Source: Lama guanicoe (Eukaryota). Taken from it: a DNA stretch of 64,000 nucleotides. The notes under the pieces are model-generated. The model made no database searches. It was not told the DNA's origin and saw only the letters and a program-made list of their open reading frames with translations. Positions 49,101 to 63,198 of this stretch are shown here, piece by piece (positions within the stretch are counted from its first letter, which is position 1; each line of letters begins with the position of its first letter). Both the position numbers and the translations under genes were made by a program. The DNA lies in contig MU053594.1 of NCBI GenBank assembly GCA_013239625.1, forward strand, positions 460,355 to 524,354, given 5' to 3'.

Positions 49101-52100
49101 CATGGCACACATGGATGGTTGGGAAGTATGGAGAAGAGGAAGAAGGCTTATCACCCTCAGGTTTGTGGACTCTGCCCCAACATGGTGCCTGCGGGGTCAG
49201 CAGAGATGCCTCCTCTCCCCAGCCCTGGCTCCTGCTGCCGCCCAACCTCTCTTCTCCGTCTCAAGTTCAAGACTGCCAGGACCGCTGTCCTCAGGCTGCC
49301 CCAGGGCTTTGGTGTTGTGTGGCAGGCTCTAGTCTCGTTCCCCAAGTGGGGGATAACTGCAAACGACTCACATGTGGAGCAGTATTGAAGCCAACTTTAT
49401 CTTACTCAACTCCCCCTTCTACGTGCTCAAAACCTTTAGGGGGAAAAAGCTCTTCTAGAAAATTACACCCTGCATCTCTCTTTCTGCTGCTCTTAGGAAG
49501 TCATTTAAAATGGAAATTAGAGCCCATTATTGCACATTTAATTACCCGCCAGATGAATGGCATATTTAATGGAAATGGCAAAATCCTCCAACATGGGTAA
49601 GATTTCTAGTTCATGCATCTCCGGACATGTTGCAAAATAATTCATTAACTAGAGATGGGAGTTGCTGGGGCTGGCTCCAGGAAGTGTGAGCCGATTAACC
49701 AACATCCCTGCCCCTGGAACCAAGGTAATACGGAATTTGCTCCTAATGTGGTGGGAGATGGAGGCCCCGTCCTCACAGGGGGTGGGGCAAGGGAGGCAGC
49801 ACTGGGGCCAGGGGCCCGGGCAGGCTGCCCCTCGGCTGAGTGGGGCAAAGAAGGGGTGGCGAGCCCACCTGCAGCCCTCTCCCTGCTCCCGGGTTCCCAT
49901 ATCATCCGTATGGCAGCCCCGGCAATCTGCAGAAGCAGCTGTGGGGTGGGGGAACATTCCAGAAATGGCAGGAACAAGGGGACAGTTTCTGAAGTAGTTC
50001 CTGAGTGGCAGGCTCTATCAGCCCTCTCCCCTATCAGTGCTCTAGCTGTGTCCTCTCTCGCTTTGGCTCCAGGCTGCTGTTACATTTTAGGAATGTTTGT
50101 TCATCCGCTCAACCAGCCAGTGTTTGTGGCACATCTGCTCTTTGTGGAAATAACTGTTTGTCCACTCAACCATGCAAACAACCAACCTTCTCATTAAACA
50201 CTATTAGTCACTCCTCATTCACTCATTTGTTTTAAGGAAAGAACTATCCAACCGACATACATCCAATACCTACTTATTCACTTACTGTGTGACCAGTCAG
50301 CAAGATGGAACCTACTGTTTGACCACCCATCCATTTATCCATCCATCCAATCAACCAACCAACCAGTATTTATTGAATATTAAATATCTATTCATTCACG
50401 CAATCCACAAACATAATGAGCACCTACTATGTGTTAGGCATTGTGTAGACAGTAGGGAAGCAAAGATCAAGGCACAGGTCCTGGCGTCAAGGAGCTTAGA
50501 GTCAAGTAATAATATTACTAACTGACATTTATTCAGCACTTAATATATATGTGCGCAGCACTGTGCCAATTGCTTTACATATACTAACTCATTTGCTATG
50601 ATATTCACCATGAAGAAACAGGCATAGAGAAGTTAAATTTCTCAATGTTAAGCAGCTTTTGAGTGATAAGAGTTTCAGAGTTTGAGCCTGGGAAGATGGA
50701 TTGAAGAATATGTGCTTCTAACCATGACCCTGGCTCCCTGGCTTGGGTGGATGTGGATGTGAGATATACATTGTACATCCTATGGGAGGCGAAAGAGAAG
50801 ATGAATTGGCTCTGCCTGGAAGAAACAGAGCCGTTGGCATTTGATCTGGATCTTAAAGAAAGTATAGAAGTCTGTGTGCTAAGGAAAGGAAAGAGAGACG
50901 TCTTGAACAATGTTGGGAACTGGGGGATGTGAATACATAAGGACACGGTTTCTACCCTCCAAGAACTTTCACTCTAACAAGGGAAGTGATAAACGAACGC
51001 AGATAACTTCAGCACATGATCGGCGGGGATGGATGACAAGTATGAGATGGGGTGTGATGAATCATACAAGTGGTACAAATGAAATCGGTGGAGAAGCAGA
51101 GGGAAAGGAGTCCACAGGAGGTGATCAGACATGGGATTGTGGAGGAGACGGAGCTTAGGAAAGACCTTGAATGGAGACTACATGGGGGCTCCTAAAACAA
51201 GGGTGGGGCTGGGGAGAACATTCCAGCGGGTGGGATGGCAGCAGGTGACGCAGCGGACTGGAAACCAGGTGATGCCATTTCAGGCTCCAGTGTGTGAGCA
51301 GCGAGGGAAGAAGAGTCTGGAATGATGGTGGCGGTTGTACAGGGACTTGAATGGCCATTTAGGGAGATTAGGTTTTATTTAGTAGGCAGTGGGGAGCCAC
51401 TGGAAGTCTTTGAGAGGGGAGAGTGCTCATTATTCTGTTTGTCCCCTAATTTGTATGTACTAGGCGAAGGATTCCCACAAGCTTGCATCACTCAGCTCCC
51501 TTGCTGGCCAGCTTCCGGTTAGGTTCAGTCAGTGGGGGCGCTGGCAGCAGATCCAAGCATGGGGACAAAAAGAGGTCAGAAAATACCTTTTCTGCTCTGT
51601 CCTGCTGGCCTAGCTCTGTCCCTCCGGAAATCTGTATTTTTAACACTCACCCTAGGGAATTCTAATACTCAGATTCAAGTAGGTCTGGGATCATTGATCT
51701 ATACTGTTTACAGATCACTTTCTCATTTAATCTTGTAACTGAAAACAATATTCTTACCCATATTTTGCAGTTGAGAAAACTGAAGCTCAAAAGGGTTGTG
51801 ATGTGTCCAGGGTTGGCAACTTTCAGACAGAATAGCTGGGGTTAAAATCCACCTTTCTGATCCCATATTCAGCTTCGTGGGAGAACCAGAACCAAGTCAG
51901 AAGCCCTTCGTAATGACTGAGTCATCATGTTATTTTTCTAGGACCTGTTTCCTGTAATCTTTGCCTTGCCAAATATTGCCTGTGTATTCTCTCATGCCCA
52001 CCCTCACCAGCGTCTGCCAGACACAGCCCTCTGTGCTCCCCCAGATAATCATAACCTCATAATCCCGTGGCTAAACCGGGGTTGTATATGCATGTCTTCT

Positions 52101-54743
52101 CTCTGATTTTCTTTAAACCTGAAAAAAAAAAAGGCAGTATGGAAGAGTGGTTACTGTGTGGCTTCTGGAATCTCTGATGTTTAGGATTCAGTAATCTCAC
52201 TCACCCCCTCGCTCAACCATGGTGCCTCACCCTCAGCCAGATGATGAGGGACTTCGTTAACGGAACACCAGGACATCATTCTCTGACTGTCCCTCCCCAC
52301 CAGTCTCTCCAGGTTTATCACTCACCATTCACAATTCCTTCTTAGCAATTGCTCAGTAAATTGCTATTTTCTTATAAGGGTGGGTAGGAGGAAGATGAGT
52401 CAACCAAGTAGACAGAGGTAATTGCTTGGGGGAGGAAAGACCTCTGAGGACAGAGTTTATTACATCTTTTGTCAGGCTGAGGGCAGGAAGGACCATGACT
52501 GCATACCTAACATGTTCCAGGTACTTAATGATAACAATTGAATTTAATCTTCACAACAAAATCCTATGACTTTGTATGTCTATTTTGATTTTGCTGAAAT
52601 AAACTGAGGTTCAAAGAGGTGAAGGAAATTTCTCCAGGTCTCTCAACTCATGGTGGCAAAGCGAGGACTTGAACTCACATCTGTGTAATTCGGGAGCCCA
52701 GGCTCCATCTGCCAAGCCCATGACCTCTGACACGGGGGTGCCGAGATGGAGAGCCCAAGGCAGAGGGACCACTCCCGGTCCCAAGCTGTGCCCAAGGATC
52801 TCGCATCCCAGCGGGAGAGACTTCTGAGCTCGATAATGGCTTTCAAAATGTAATTTGAACTTAATGCACTGCTGTATCGTTACTGATGTCAGCCCCATTG
52901 TGGGTACATCTCTGAGGCAGCCAATTCCAGAAATTTTCAAAAGAGAATGTCTGAGCTGAGGCAACTGTTACTTTTCTGAACAAATGGGATGGAGTTTAAG
53001 CCCCCTGGCCAGGGGCTGCCATTTGTGGCCTCAGTGACTATAGATGAGATTCTAGGCTTCCAAGAAAATGTCAGGAAGAAGGTCCTCATTATTCCCTCCG
53101 GAGTGACACAGAGAACAGTGCTGAGGGTCCCTCTGTTCCCATGCTGCCCACCCCCCACCCCATCATGGTAGAACAAGGCTGCCAGCATATGCATGCGAAT
53201 CTTTGATTGCACCTGGGCTGAATTCCTCATGTTAATAAAAAGAAATATTGGAAGAAAGAAAAAAAGGACATATAATAAACATTCTTCAGGCTAAGTGATG
53301 AGAGGTAATCTTGTTACAGATTGCTGGCACCTGGGGACACCGAGTCAAATCACAATTCAACCCTCATCTGACTGGATACAAAGAAAATGCTTAAAATAGA
53401 CTCAGATGGGGGCTTCACTTACCTTCCTCCCAATTTCTGACATTAATCTCCCCTCCCTTTCCCTCCCACACCCAAGCTGTCACCAAGGGGTTCCGCTGAG
53501 TTCCCTGCAGGGAGCCACCGTCCCTCCTCCTCTCTGTCACTCGAGCCACACTCAGCAGTCCTGCCCCAGAGGCAGGGTTCAGACCCTGTGCTCCGGAGGC
53601 AGGTGTGTGACCCACTCCACAGGAAAATGTCTGCTTTGTCACCTCTGGGCTGTAGCCCGTGCTCCTCTGAGATTTCTGACAGCCACAAACTGAACCTCAA
53701 AGCAGCTTGTTTGGAATACTCATTTTTTTTTAATATGATGGTGGGACCAAATCAGTCTGTGTATCCAATGTTGAGAAACTCCCTCTTGGAGCACATCAGC
53801 CTGGAGAGGCCCTCCCTCTGGGACGTGGGGCTCAAGGGCCCTTAGTGCCGTTGTGTGGTGTGGGGGGTTTGGCGTGTGTCCTTGGGAAGTGACTGGAGCA
53901 GGTAAGAAAAGTGTTGGGTGAACAAGGGAGTGGCTCTGTGTCCTCAGGCTGGGCACACAGGGTGGAGAGAGCATGGGTTTAGTCTCTGCTGTGCCAGCCC
54001 TGGCCTCCTAGGACTCTCATCAGAAGCAGAGCAACACCCTACATCCTTGCGGGAGCCTGTGTTGTAGTCGTGCTCAAGATCCGGCTGTGGTACCCAAGGC
54101 CTTGCTACCCACCACCACTCCATCAGTCCATCATCTTGTCCATCTTTCCATCCACCTGGCCTTATATGTTCTCCAGATTGGTCAAAAACATCCTTTTCAG
54201 GAGAGTCCAAACTTTGATGAAGGTTATAAAGCTCTTCAGCCCGGTCCCTGCCTCCCCTCCAGCTTTGTCTTTCCTGACCCTCTGCTTCACGGTCTACACC
54301 CTGTTGAACTGGCCACACTCTCACCTCCAACATCTTGTCCCCTCTACCTCACATTTCCTCTACTTTGACTTTTTTGCCAGGTCCATCTCCCATTTACCCT
54401 TCAGGCTTGAGTTGAGATGTCACTTCCTCCAGGAAGCCTTCCCTCACATCCTCCCCATTGCCCACATCTGGGTAAATGTCCTTCCTCATCCATGCTTCCT
54501 TGGCATCTTGAGTTTATCCCATGAGGATACTTGGCACCCTATAGGGGAGGCCATGAGTGTCATCTCAGGTTGGACAGGTCTGTTCATGGTCTGTGTCCCT
54601 GGGTTTTAGCTGAAATCTCTCAGAGTGATTCCCTGAAAGAGGGTCTTCATAGAAGAGGCTGCTTCTACTCGTGAAGAAAACCTTTCAGAAAACCCGGTTG
54701 GTCCTGAGTATCACAGGGGTTCAGGAGTTGGAGAATAGGGGAG

Positions 54744-56300
54744 CGTGATGTTTAATTTTATGTGTCAGCTTGACTGGGCCAGGGGACGCCCAGATACGGC
54801 AGAACATATCTGGGTGTCTGTGAGGGTGCCTGCAGAGGAGATTAGCATTTGAACTGATAGACTGAGTAAAGAAGACAGCTTCTATTTATCTGAATAAAGA
54901 AGAAAATGCTAATTTGAAAAGATACAAGCACCCCGATGTTCTTTAACGGATGAATGGGTGAAGATATGGTGTATATATACATATACACATGCAACAGAAT
55001 ACTATTCAGCCATAAAAAAGATGAACATTTTGCCATTTGCAACAACATGAGTGGACTTGGAGGGTATTATGTTAAGTTAAATAAGTCAGGTAGAGAGAGA
55101 CAAATAGTGTATGATATCACTTATATGTGAAATCGAAAAAAAAAAACCAAACTAGTGAATATAAGAAAAAAGAAACAGACTCACAGATATAGGGAACAAA
55201 TAAGTGGTTAACAGTGGGGAAAGGGGGTGGGAAGGGGCAAGAAATGAGTAGGCGATTAAGAGACACAAACTACTATGTATAAAATAAATAATCTACAAGG
55301 ACATAAAGGACAGGGAATTTAGCCAATATTTTATAATAACTATAAATGGCATATAACCCTTAAAAATTGTGAATCACTGTATTGTACATCTGAAATTTAT
55401 ATCAAGTATTCCTCATCAACTGTACCTCAGTAAAAAAATAAATGAAACAAATGACGAGTGAGCAAGCTTTAAGAAATGCCACTTTAAGGTAGCAGCATAA
55501 AAAGTGTGAGCAATTTTTAAGAAAGACTTGGTATTCATAATTCTATCTAACATGTAAATAGATGCAATGTTACAGAGAATTGAATAAGCAGATTGTATAA
55601 TGATAGAAATCCCTTCCCTTTTCTTGGCGTACCAGGGACGGATTCCTTGACCTTGATCATTTGGTTTCCTTGTGGGGATAGATTTCAGAGCAGACCCATG
55701 TGGCATTGGAATTCACATATGAGGAATATGTAAGTACCATGTGTAGCTCTATACCAGCCATGTAAGGGGGGAGACTACATGTTGGCTAAGAGAAATCATT
55801 CCTTTAAGCTACTGTCCTAAGTTGATTGATCCATAGATTAATCCTGGAAAGAAAAAAAGGGTGGATCTAAAACAAATTAAAAAGGAGAATTTAGCAAAAT
55901 GTTAAAACACACACACACACACACAAAAAAGAAAGAAAGCTGGCCCTCACCAATGCTGGTGGGCATCACCCAATCCATGGAGGGCCTGAACAGAACAAAA
56001 AGGTGGGCGATGGAAGGGCGGATTCACTCTCTGCCTGACCCGAAGCATCCATCCTCTCCTGCCCTCGGGCATCAGTGCTCATGGTTCTCAGGCAGGACTT
56101 ACAGAAGCAGCCCCCCAGTTTGCAGGCCTTCAGATTTGGACTGAATTACACCACTGGCTTTCCTAATTCTGCAGCTCGTAGACAGCAGATCGTGGACTTC
56201 TCAGCCTTCAGAATTGAGTGAGACAATTCTTGTAATAAGTATCTCTCTTTCTCTCTCTCTCCTACTGGTTCTGATTCTCTAGAGAATCTTGACTAATACA
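54744..56300 (+). mobile_element. MLT2B-like ERVL LTR, interrupted at 54881-55927
   Basis: gtgatgtttaattttatgtgtcagcttgactgggcc...gactgagtaaagaagac | gccctcaccaatgctggtgggcatcacccaatcc...gactaataca. Confidence 0.87.
54881..55445 (+). mobile_element. 5'-truncated L1 3' end inside MLT2
   Basis: gaatactattcagccataaaaaag...ttgccatttgcaacaacatg...catcaactgtacctcagtaaaaaaataaa. Confidence 0.9.
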
Positions 56301-57679
56301 AGAGGAATGTATATTTGTCCTTTGGTGCACGTCTTGAGTTTGGCATCCTGGCCAGTCTACCCCTCTCTGGGCTCTGCATTCAGATGGAGTGGAGAAAGTC
56401 ATCACTCAGCCCTCATTTCAGCCATTCAGCGACTCGAGGGTCCTTCCTGAGCAGGAAGAGTGGGAAAGTGGGAAATCTCAAGGAGATATTTTGGGCAGGG
56501 CAGTGGAGGGGGAGGCAGGCAATCCCACTGCCTGATGGCCTGGGTTTGTTGGTAAATGAACCATCTCATGACAGGTTTGGAGCTTGTCTTCTCTGTCCAG
56601 GTATAATTTCAAAGCCTGTTGGAGCAGAGAATCCCGGGACAGAGGCAGGAACATGTCACCAGTTTTTACAGCAGAGCTATCCCTGGAATTTTAATTACCT
56701 TATCTTCACACTATTATATATTTACATATCCTAATGACGAGATTACACATTTCAATTAGTATGTAATTATGAGTTCTATTACTTAAAGAAAAATACTTGG
56801 GGATAATTACACAATCATGAAATACAATTAGAAAATGACATAGAATTAAACTTCAAAAAGCTTTTGAAACACTCCTCCCCCCCTCCCACCCCACCCTCCT
56901 GTACAAAGATGTTTCATATTTATTCTCTCTCCTCTTTCTCTTCTTCCAGTACAAGGGCAGCCCAGTCCAGTCCAGTGTGCATTGGGGTGGATATTCCCCA
57001 GGGGGGTGCAGGGAACTTGTATCTTGGGGATGCAAGCCCTTAGGACCTCATGGGGGTTCAGGATCATCTCTTGACTTCGGGAGCTCTACCTGAGGTTGTG
57101 GTCCTTCCTGGCTGCCCCATCTGCTGGGAGGGCAGAAAGGGAGGGGGTGAGGTGGGACCCGGCGATTGCAGGGGCTGCAAATGTTGCAGGAAGGCTGGGC
57201 TTGATGCAGGTATGTTATGAGAGGTCACCTCTTAACATGGTGATAGCAGCTGTCTGTTGTGGAAACATCTTCACTTTCCCCAGCTCCTTCACTCTCCAGC
57301 ACCATCTGATGAAGGAAGACAACAGGTTAAGTGTCCTTGCTTCTCTTTGGGAACTCCTTCCTTTAATCTCTATGTCTCCACGCTCCTGGGTTTTGTCTTT
57401 CGTCCTCTGGTTTCCCTACTCGGTCTTCTTTGTTGCTGCTTTTTCTATTTAGCTCACAGCTTAAATTTTATTGTTCTCTAGAGTTCCATCCTCTCTTCTG
57501 TTCTTCTTCTTCTTTTTTTTTAATCTCTCTTTGGCAATTCAAGTGGGATGGAAGGAGCAGGTAGAGTGAGGTTGGGTGGTGGCAGAGAAGGCAGTCAGCC
57601 GGTGCTAGGAAGGCTGTTTACAAGCCCGTTTTCCCTTCCCCTGGGGCATATACTTAGAGCATCTTTCTCAGAATTCCCT

Positions 57680-57980
57680 GCAGTTATTATGTGTGGCATG
57701 TGTAACTGTGGGCAGAATAAGGTAACCTACTTCCAGGCTTGGCCCGTAACACTCCCCTGTCAACCCCTTAATTTCTCTTTCGTCATCTGCTGGCTGATTG
57801 TTCATATCCCAGATTGCCTTCAGAGTCACTGAAGAAGGCAAGGACCTCGCCACCTCTAGACCACGTGTCACTTTCCTCTTGCTGCTATATAGCGTTTGAG
57901 CAAGAAAAACTTTCATTGTATTAAATGGTTGAGATTTCTGGGCTTATTTGTTATAGCAGCTGCTTGTAAACTAACACAGC
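57680..57980 (+). mobile_element. Old MLT1 (I/J/K-like) LTR fragment
   Basis: aaactttcattgtattaaatggttgagatttctgggcttatttgttatagcagc...actaacaca. Confidence 0.55.
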
Positions 57981-59701
57981 CTTACCAATATGAACTGCAA
58001 CTTGAACCCTAATATTTGTATTGGCAGTATGTCTATTGTCTTTTCTGGTTAAGTCTCAATAGGAAGCCAACTTATATTCAGAAGTTGGTAGAGTTGGTTA
58101 ATACAATGGACGTCTTAGTTGCCTACCTGCCAATCCCTCTCCTTTTAGTTTGGCAACTGTCTCGGTTTCGTTCAGGTCCCCACCTCTTGTCCACACAGCC
58201 CACATGCTTGAGGGGAATCTGCCCTTACCTTTGGCTCCAAGGTTGGCGTAAGAACAAACCCAATCCCTCGGCTTTGGGAATCCAGGCCAGTGTGAACCAG
58301 TTCTGGCCTCAGGATTCATTCAGGAAGGGCTGTGACCCAGTTCAGTCCAGTGAGAAGAGGGCAGGTTTACTGGGGTCTGCTTGGAACGATGCTTCTTTAC
58401 TTTTGAGAAAGAGCCACGGAAGCTGTGTCACTGATGAGTCCAGAGTTCTGAAACAGAAAGGCAAGGATCCAGACCCCGGCCAAGCAACGAGCATGGGGAG
58501 CACGCCAGCCCCTCGGCTCCCAGTTCCCTGGTCCCTGGGCAGCTGGGCGCCTACTGAGACTCATTCACTACCTCCTCTTGCTATGCTTCCAAGCTCACCG
58601 AGGATACTAGCTTAGGATGCTTTTGACCAAAAGTATCAGGAAACCCAACTTAGAGCAACTGAAAACAGTCACAGGGATTTATTTGATAATGTAACTGCAA
58701 AAGGCTGGGGGTGGGACAGAATTCAAACATAGGTATAAATACTCATTTATTGGCTTAAATCCCTTCATTGGCTCTTCTTTGCTGCTAGAGAGTAAGACCC
58801 CAAATTCCTTAGCCTTCAAAGGCCTTCACATCTGGCCCTGACCACCTGCCCCAACCTCTTCTTCTGCCAGGATACTCCTCACGCTCTGCTTGTCGGTCCT
58901 GCTGAGTGACTTGCTCTTCTCTGAGAACATGATGCGCTATCATAACGCAGGACTTGTCTACACAATTAGCTCCCTGTCTAAGAAGTTTGTACTCTACTCT
59001 CTTTAACTCACGAGCACTCCTTCATTCTTAAGCCCTCCCTCGAGGGTCACCTCCTCCACCCACCTTCCCTCACCTTCCCTCACCTTCCTCCCACCCTGAG
59101 CAGCCTTCATCTTGTACTCACTCCCCAGCGCTGCACCCTTCTGCACGCCCTCCTTAGCTCACGGCACTGCGCTTCTTTGTTTGCATGCTCGTCTCCTGCA
59201 CTGGGTGGCGAACACCTTTCAGTCATCCCATCAACACGCATTTATTGAACGCTCCGCCTGTGCCAGACCCTGTGCTGGGTGTTGGAGACAAAGAAATAAA
59301 CCGTCCTAGATGACATTCAAGCACTCCTTACGACAGGCCTGAAAGCACTTTGCAGACATTAACTTAAAGAGCAGTCATTTGTTGGGAGTCCTGGAGAGAA
59401 TGTGACCTATGTTGGCCACACCTGGGAGCAACAGTGAGGTGCCCATGCCCTCCCCAAGAATTTGGAAATAAGGGAAATACAGCCGCTGTAACAAGAATTA
59501 AGAAATAATAGACACCATACTATTATTTTTGCAAATTTAGTTAGTTGATTTTCTACCTTATTTGATTTGTGAAAAAAGATTCAATAGTGATAAAATTTTG
59601 CAAATAACTAAGCACTACACCAGTGTGAGTTGTTATAACTATGTGTGTATCTAAGGTGCCTTAGTGAACATCTATTTTTGCCTTAAAAATAGATGCACTT
59701 C

Positions 59702-60995
59702 ATTTTTATTCCTTTTTAATTGAAGTACCATCAGTTACAATGTGTCAATTTCTGGTGTGCAGCGCAATGTCCCAGTCATGTATATACATACATGTATTCA
59801 TTTTCATATTTTTTCATTAAAGGTTATTACATGATATTGAACTTAATAATTTCCTGCACTACACAGCAGAAACTTTTTAAAATCTATTTTTTATATATAG
59901 TGGCTAGCATTTGTAAATCTCAAACTCCCAAATTTATCCTTTCCCACCCCCTTGCCCCAGTAACCATGATTGTTTACTGTCTGCAAGTCTGTTTCTGTTT
60001 TGTAGATGAGTTCATAGTGTCCCTTTTTTTTTTTTTTGTTTTTACATATGAGTGATATTATACGGTTTNNNNNNNNNNNNNNNNNNNNNNNNNNNNNNNN
60101 NNNNNNNNNNNNNNNNNNNNNNNNNACATCCATATTGCTGCAAATGGCATTATGTTATTATTTTTCATGGCTGAATAGTATTCCATTGTATAAATATACC
60201 ACAACTTCTTTATCCAGTCATCTGTCGATGGACATTTAGGTTGTTTCCATGTCTTGGCTATTATATATACTGCTGCTATGAACACTGGGGTGCATGTATC
60301 CTTTTAAATTAGAGTTCCCTCCAGATATATGCCCAGGAGTGGAATTGCTCGATCATATGATAAGCTTATTTTTAGTCTTTTGAGGAATCTCCATACTGTT
60401 TTCCATAATGGCGGCACCAAACTATATTCCCACCAGCAGTGTAGGAGGGTTCCTTTTTCTCCACAGCCTTTCCAGCATTTATCATTTGTGGACTTTGGAA
60501 TGATGGCCATTCTGACTGGTGTGAAGTGATATCTCATTATAGTTTTGATTTGCATGTCTCTGATAATTAGTGATAGCATTTTTTTTTTTGTGCCTATTGG
60601 CCATCTGTATGTCTTCATTGGAGAATTGCTTGTTTAGGTCTTCTGCCCATTTTTGGATTGGGTTGTTTGTTTTTTTCTTATTAAGTTGTATGAGCTGTTT
60701 CTATATTCTGGAAATCAAGCCTCTGTCAGTTGCATCATTTGCAAATATTTTCTCCGATGCTCTATGTTATTGCTTTGTTTTACTTATGGTTTCTTTTGCT
60801 GTGTAAAAGCTTATAAATTCAATTAGGTCCCATTTGTTAATTTTTGCTCTTATTTCTATAGCCTGGGTAGACTGCCCTAGGAGAACATTGCTGAGATTTA
60901 TGCCAGAGAATGTTTTGCCTATGTTTTCTTCTAGGAGATTTATCGTGTCTTGTCTTATATTTAAGTCTTTAAGCCATTTTGAGTTTATTTTTGTG
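59702..60995 (-). mobile_element. 5'-truncated L1 (ORF2 3' end + 3'UTR) with TSD
   Basis: ORFs MFIAAVYIIAKTWKQPKCPSTDDWIKKLWYIYTMEYYSA and KINSKWLKDLNIRQDTINLLEENIGK; perfect TSD agatgcacttc at 59691-59701 and 60996-61006. Confidence 0.95.
60069..60125. other. Assembly gap (N run) inside the L1
   Basis: 57 N. Confidence 0.95.
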
Positions 60996-63198
60996 AGATG
61001 CACTTCTTAAAGCTGCTCATCCTGTAGAAGTTCTCAACTGCCCAAGAAAATACTGTTGCTGTGATGGGGGTCCAAGGTCTTTGGTTGAGTCTTGATTCCT
61101 CTTGGCCCCTGAGACATAGACTGTTGCTGCTTAAGTGGATCATTTGCCTTCATGGGAAGAGTTTTAGCTTCCTCTTTTCTCTCAAACTTTTCCATCACTC
61201 CTTCAGGCCAAATGATCCCAAGCCCCAGTCTCTCCAGCTTTCAAGAGACCCAAGGGGTTCTGAGTTCCCACATCTATGCTTCCTAGGGATGTCATTCTTA
61301 GATTTCACCTACCCTTCCTCTGCCATCGGCCCACATCTCTCTTCATACCCAGAGGCATCGCGCCACTGGAGGGGACTTCAGCCTCTTCAGGGGTTCCTGA
61401 AAGCTCTGAAATTGAGTGTTTTTTGTTTGGCTTCCTAGTATTTGTGAAAGCAAGGCACCCCTTGCTTCTAGGTCTCAGATCAGAATAATGGCTTGCATAG
61501 ACTCCCCAGGGCAGGCACAGAACAGAATCGCTCACTTGATTTTTTCCCCCCATTTGATATTTCTCTCCTTCCTACCAGTTGATGAAAACTTTTTAATTCT
61601 ACTGCAAGCCATTGGGGGAAGAGTGGCCCTGTTGCTTCCCTAGGGTTACCCTGCTGGCTGAGCTTCTCTGCAGGGAGGGGAGAGGGTGGGCTGGGAATGG
61701 GACGCAGGGCTGGCTCTGGGGAGCTCACAGCCCTTCTGCTGCTGTGATGGGAGTGAAACAGATGCTCCCCTGAGGGTGGCTGGAAGATAAAAAGCTGCTG
61801 ACATGCTGGTGAAGACTAGGGTGACAGGCCACTGCGGGAGTTTCAAAGCCAGCCCAGGAGGGAGATGGGGAAGGTAATCCTCAGGCGATAGTTATTTGAA
61901 ATACTTGACCCCCAAATTCACGGTGCTGGCCGTGCCCCCGGACTTACCGTTCAGGGGGTCCAGCTGGCTATGTTTGGGTCCCAGTGCCCTGCAGGCAGCA
62001 GGCTGCCCACGTGCTTGATTTTGAACTGAACAGTCAGTCTGGTGTTTGATGTGGTTAATGTCTGGTGGAGACTATATTGAACATGTACTGGTCTGTCTGC
62101 TTTTTAATCAAATTTAGTGTGGATTTGATTTCGGCACGGCGTGATCTGAGCGCCCACAGCCAGTGCCTTTGAACGTACAATGTAAGCTGCGGGAGGAATG
62201 GCTGTCAGTCTGCTCTCCAGCCCTGCTGCTTGGGTTTGCTGTCGCATTTTTTATCCAGCGTGACTAGGTATTTATTTGCGGTTGGGAACCATCTGTCACC
62301 TCGAACAGGGAAGGCATGCAAACTCCTACAGCAAGTTCTCTCTTGTCATACTCACTTTCTGGCTGGCGATGGGAGGTGAGGAATTCCAAATGTTCGTATC
62401 TGGGGCCAAGCTTCTGGGGTGCTTTGCCAAGGGTGCCGGAGTCCTCTGCGTATCTTCTTTAAATAATTAAGATAAGTTATCGGCGAAAACTTTTGGCTGA
62501 GAAGATGAGTAAGGTCAGCCTCGGAGAGAGCCCTTTCGAGGAAGGAGATCAGGGCAAATCAGGCGTGGACTGAGATGAAATGCCAGTCCCTGAACAGAAA
62601 GTGAGGACCAGGCGGAGGTCTCGCAGTGGAGAAGGTGGTTTGCAGGCTGAACAACTTCAGTTCATGGTTAGACTTCAAAGACCTTCAAGGTCAAATTTTC
62701 TCCCTTTTTTGTTACGTTTTTTCCCTACACTGAGGAGGAAACAGGGGCCTAGAGAATTGAGATGCATAGCCTGAAGTCACATAGCTAATTAGTTAAGGTC
62801 AACGGAAAGCTGACTGTATCTCTGTGGGGTTGGGAGTAGAGGCAGGAGAGAGGGCGATCCTTTAAAGGGAACCTCAAAGGGTGGCAGTGGGCTTGGTGGA
62901 GGATGCCCCAGCAGGCAGAGGGGAGCCGGGCTTTAAGCATGAAGGAATGTATGGCTCCTTTTCATCATCTTGGCCTCTGTTAAGTTCTGGGGATTTTCTA
63001 GATAAAGACTTTTTTGTTTTTTGGGGTTTTTTTTGCTGGTGGTAACTTGGGAAGTTTTCTTTAAGTAGGTAAAATTAAGGAACTCTACAGGAAAGAATGC
63101 AGTGACTTCTCAAAACAGGCTCAAAGGAACACATTTAGACCTAGGCTGATACTGACCACTGAATTACATCTCTAACCCTCACAGTGTATGTCAGGAGG

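Noticed and set aside
58016..58615. 199-aa ORF
   Set aside because: TTG start, overlaps old LTR-like sequence, no domain.
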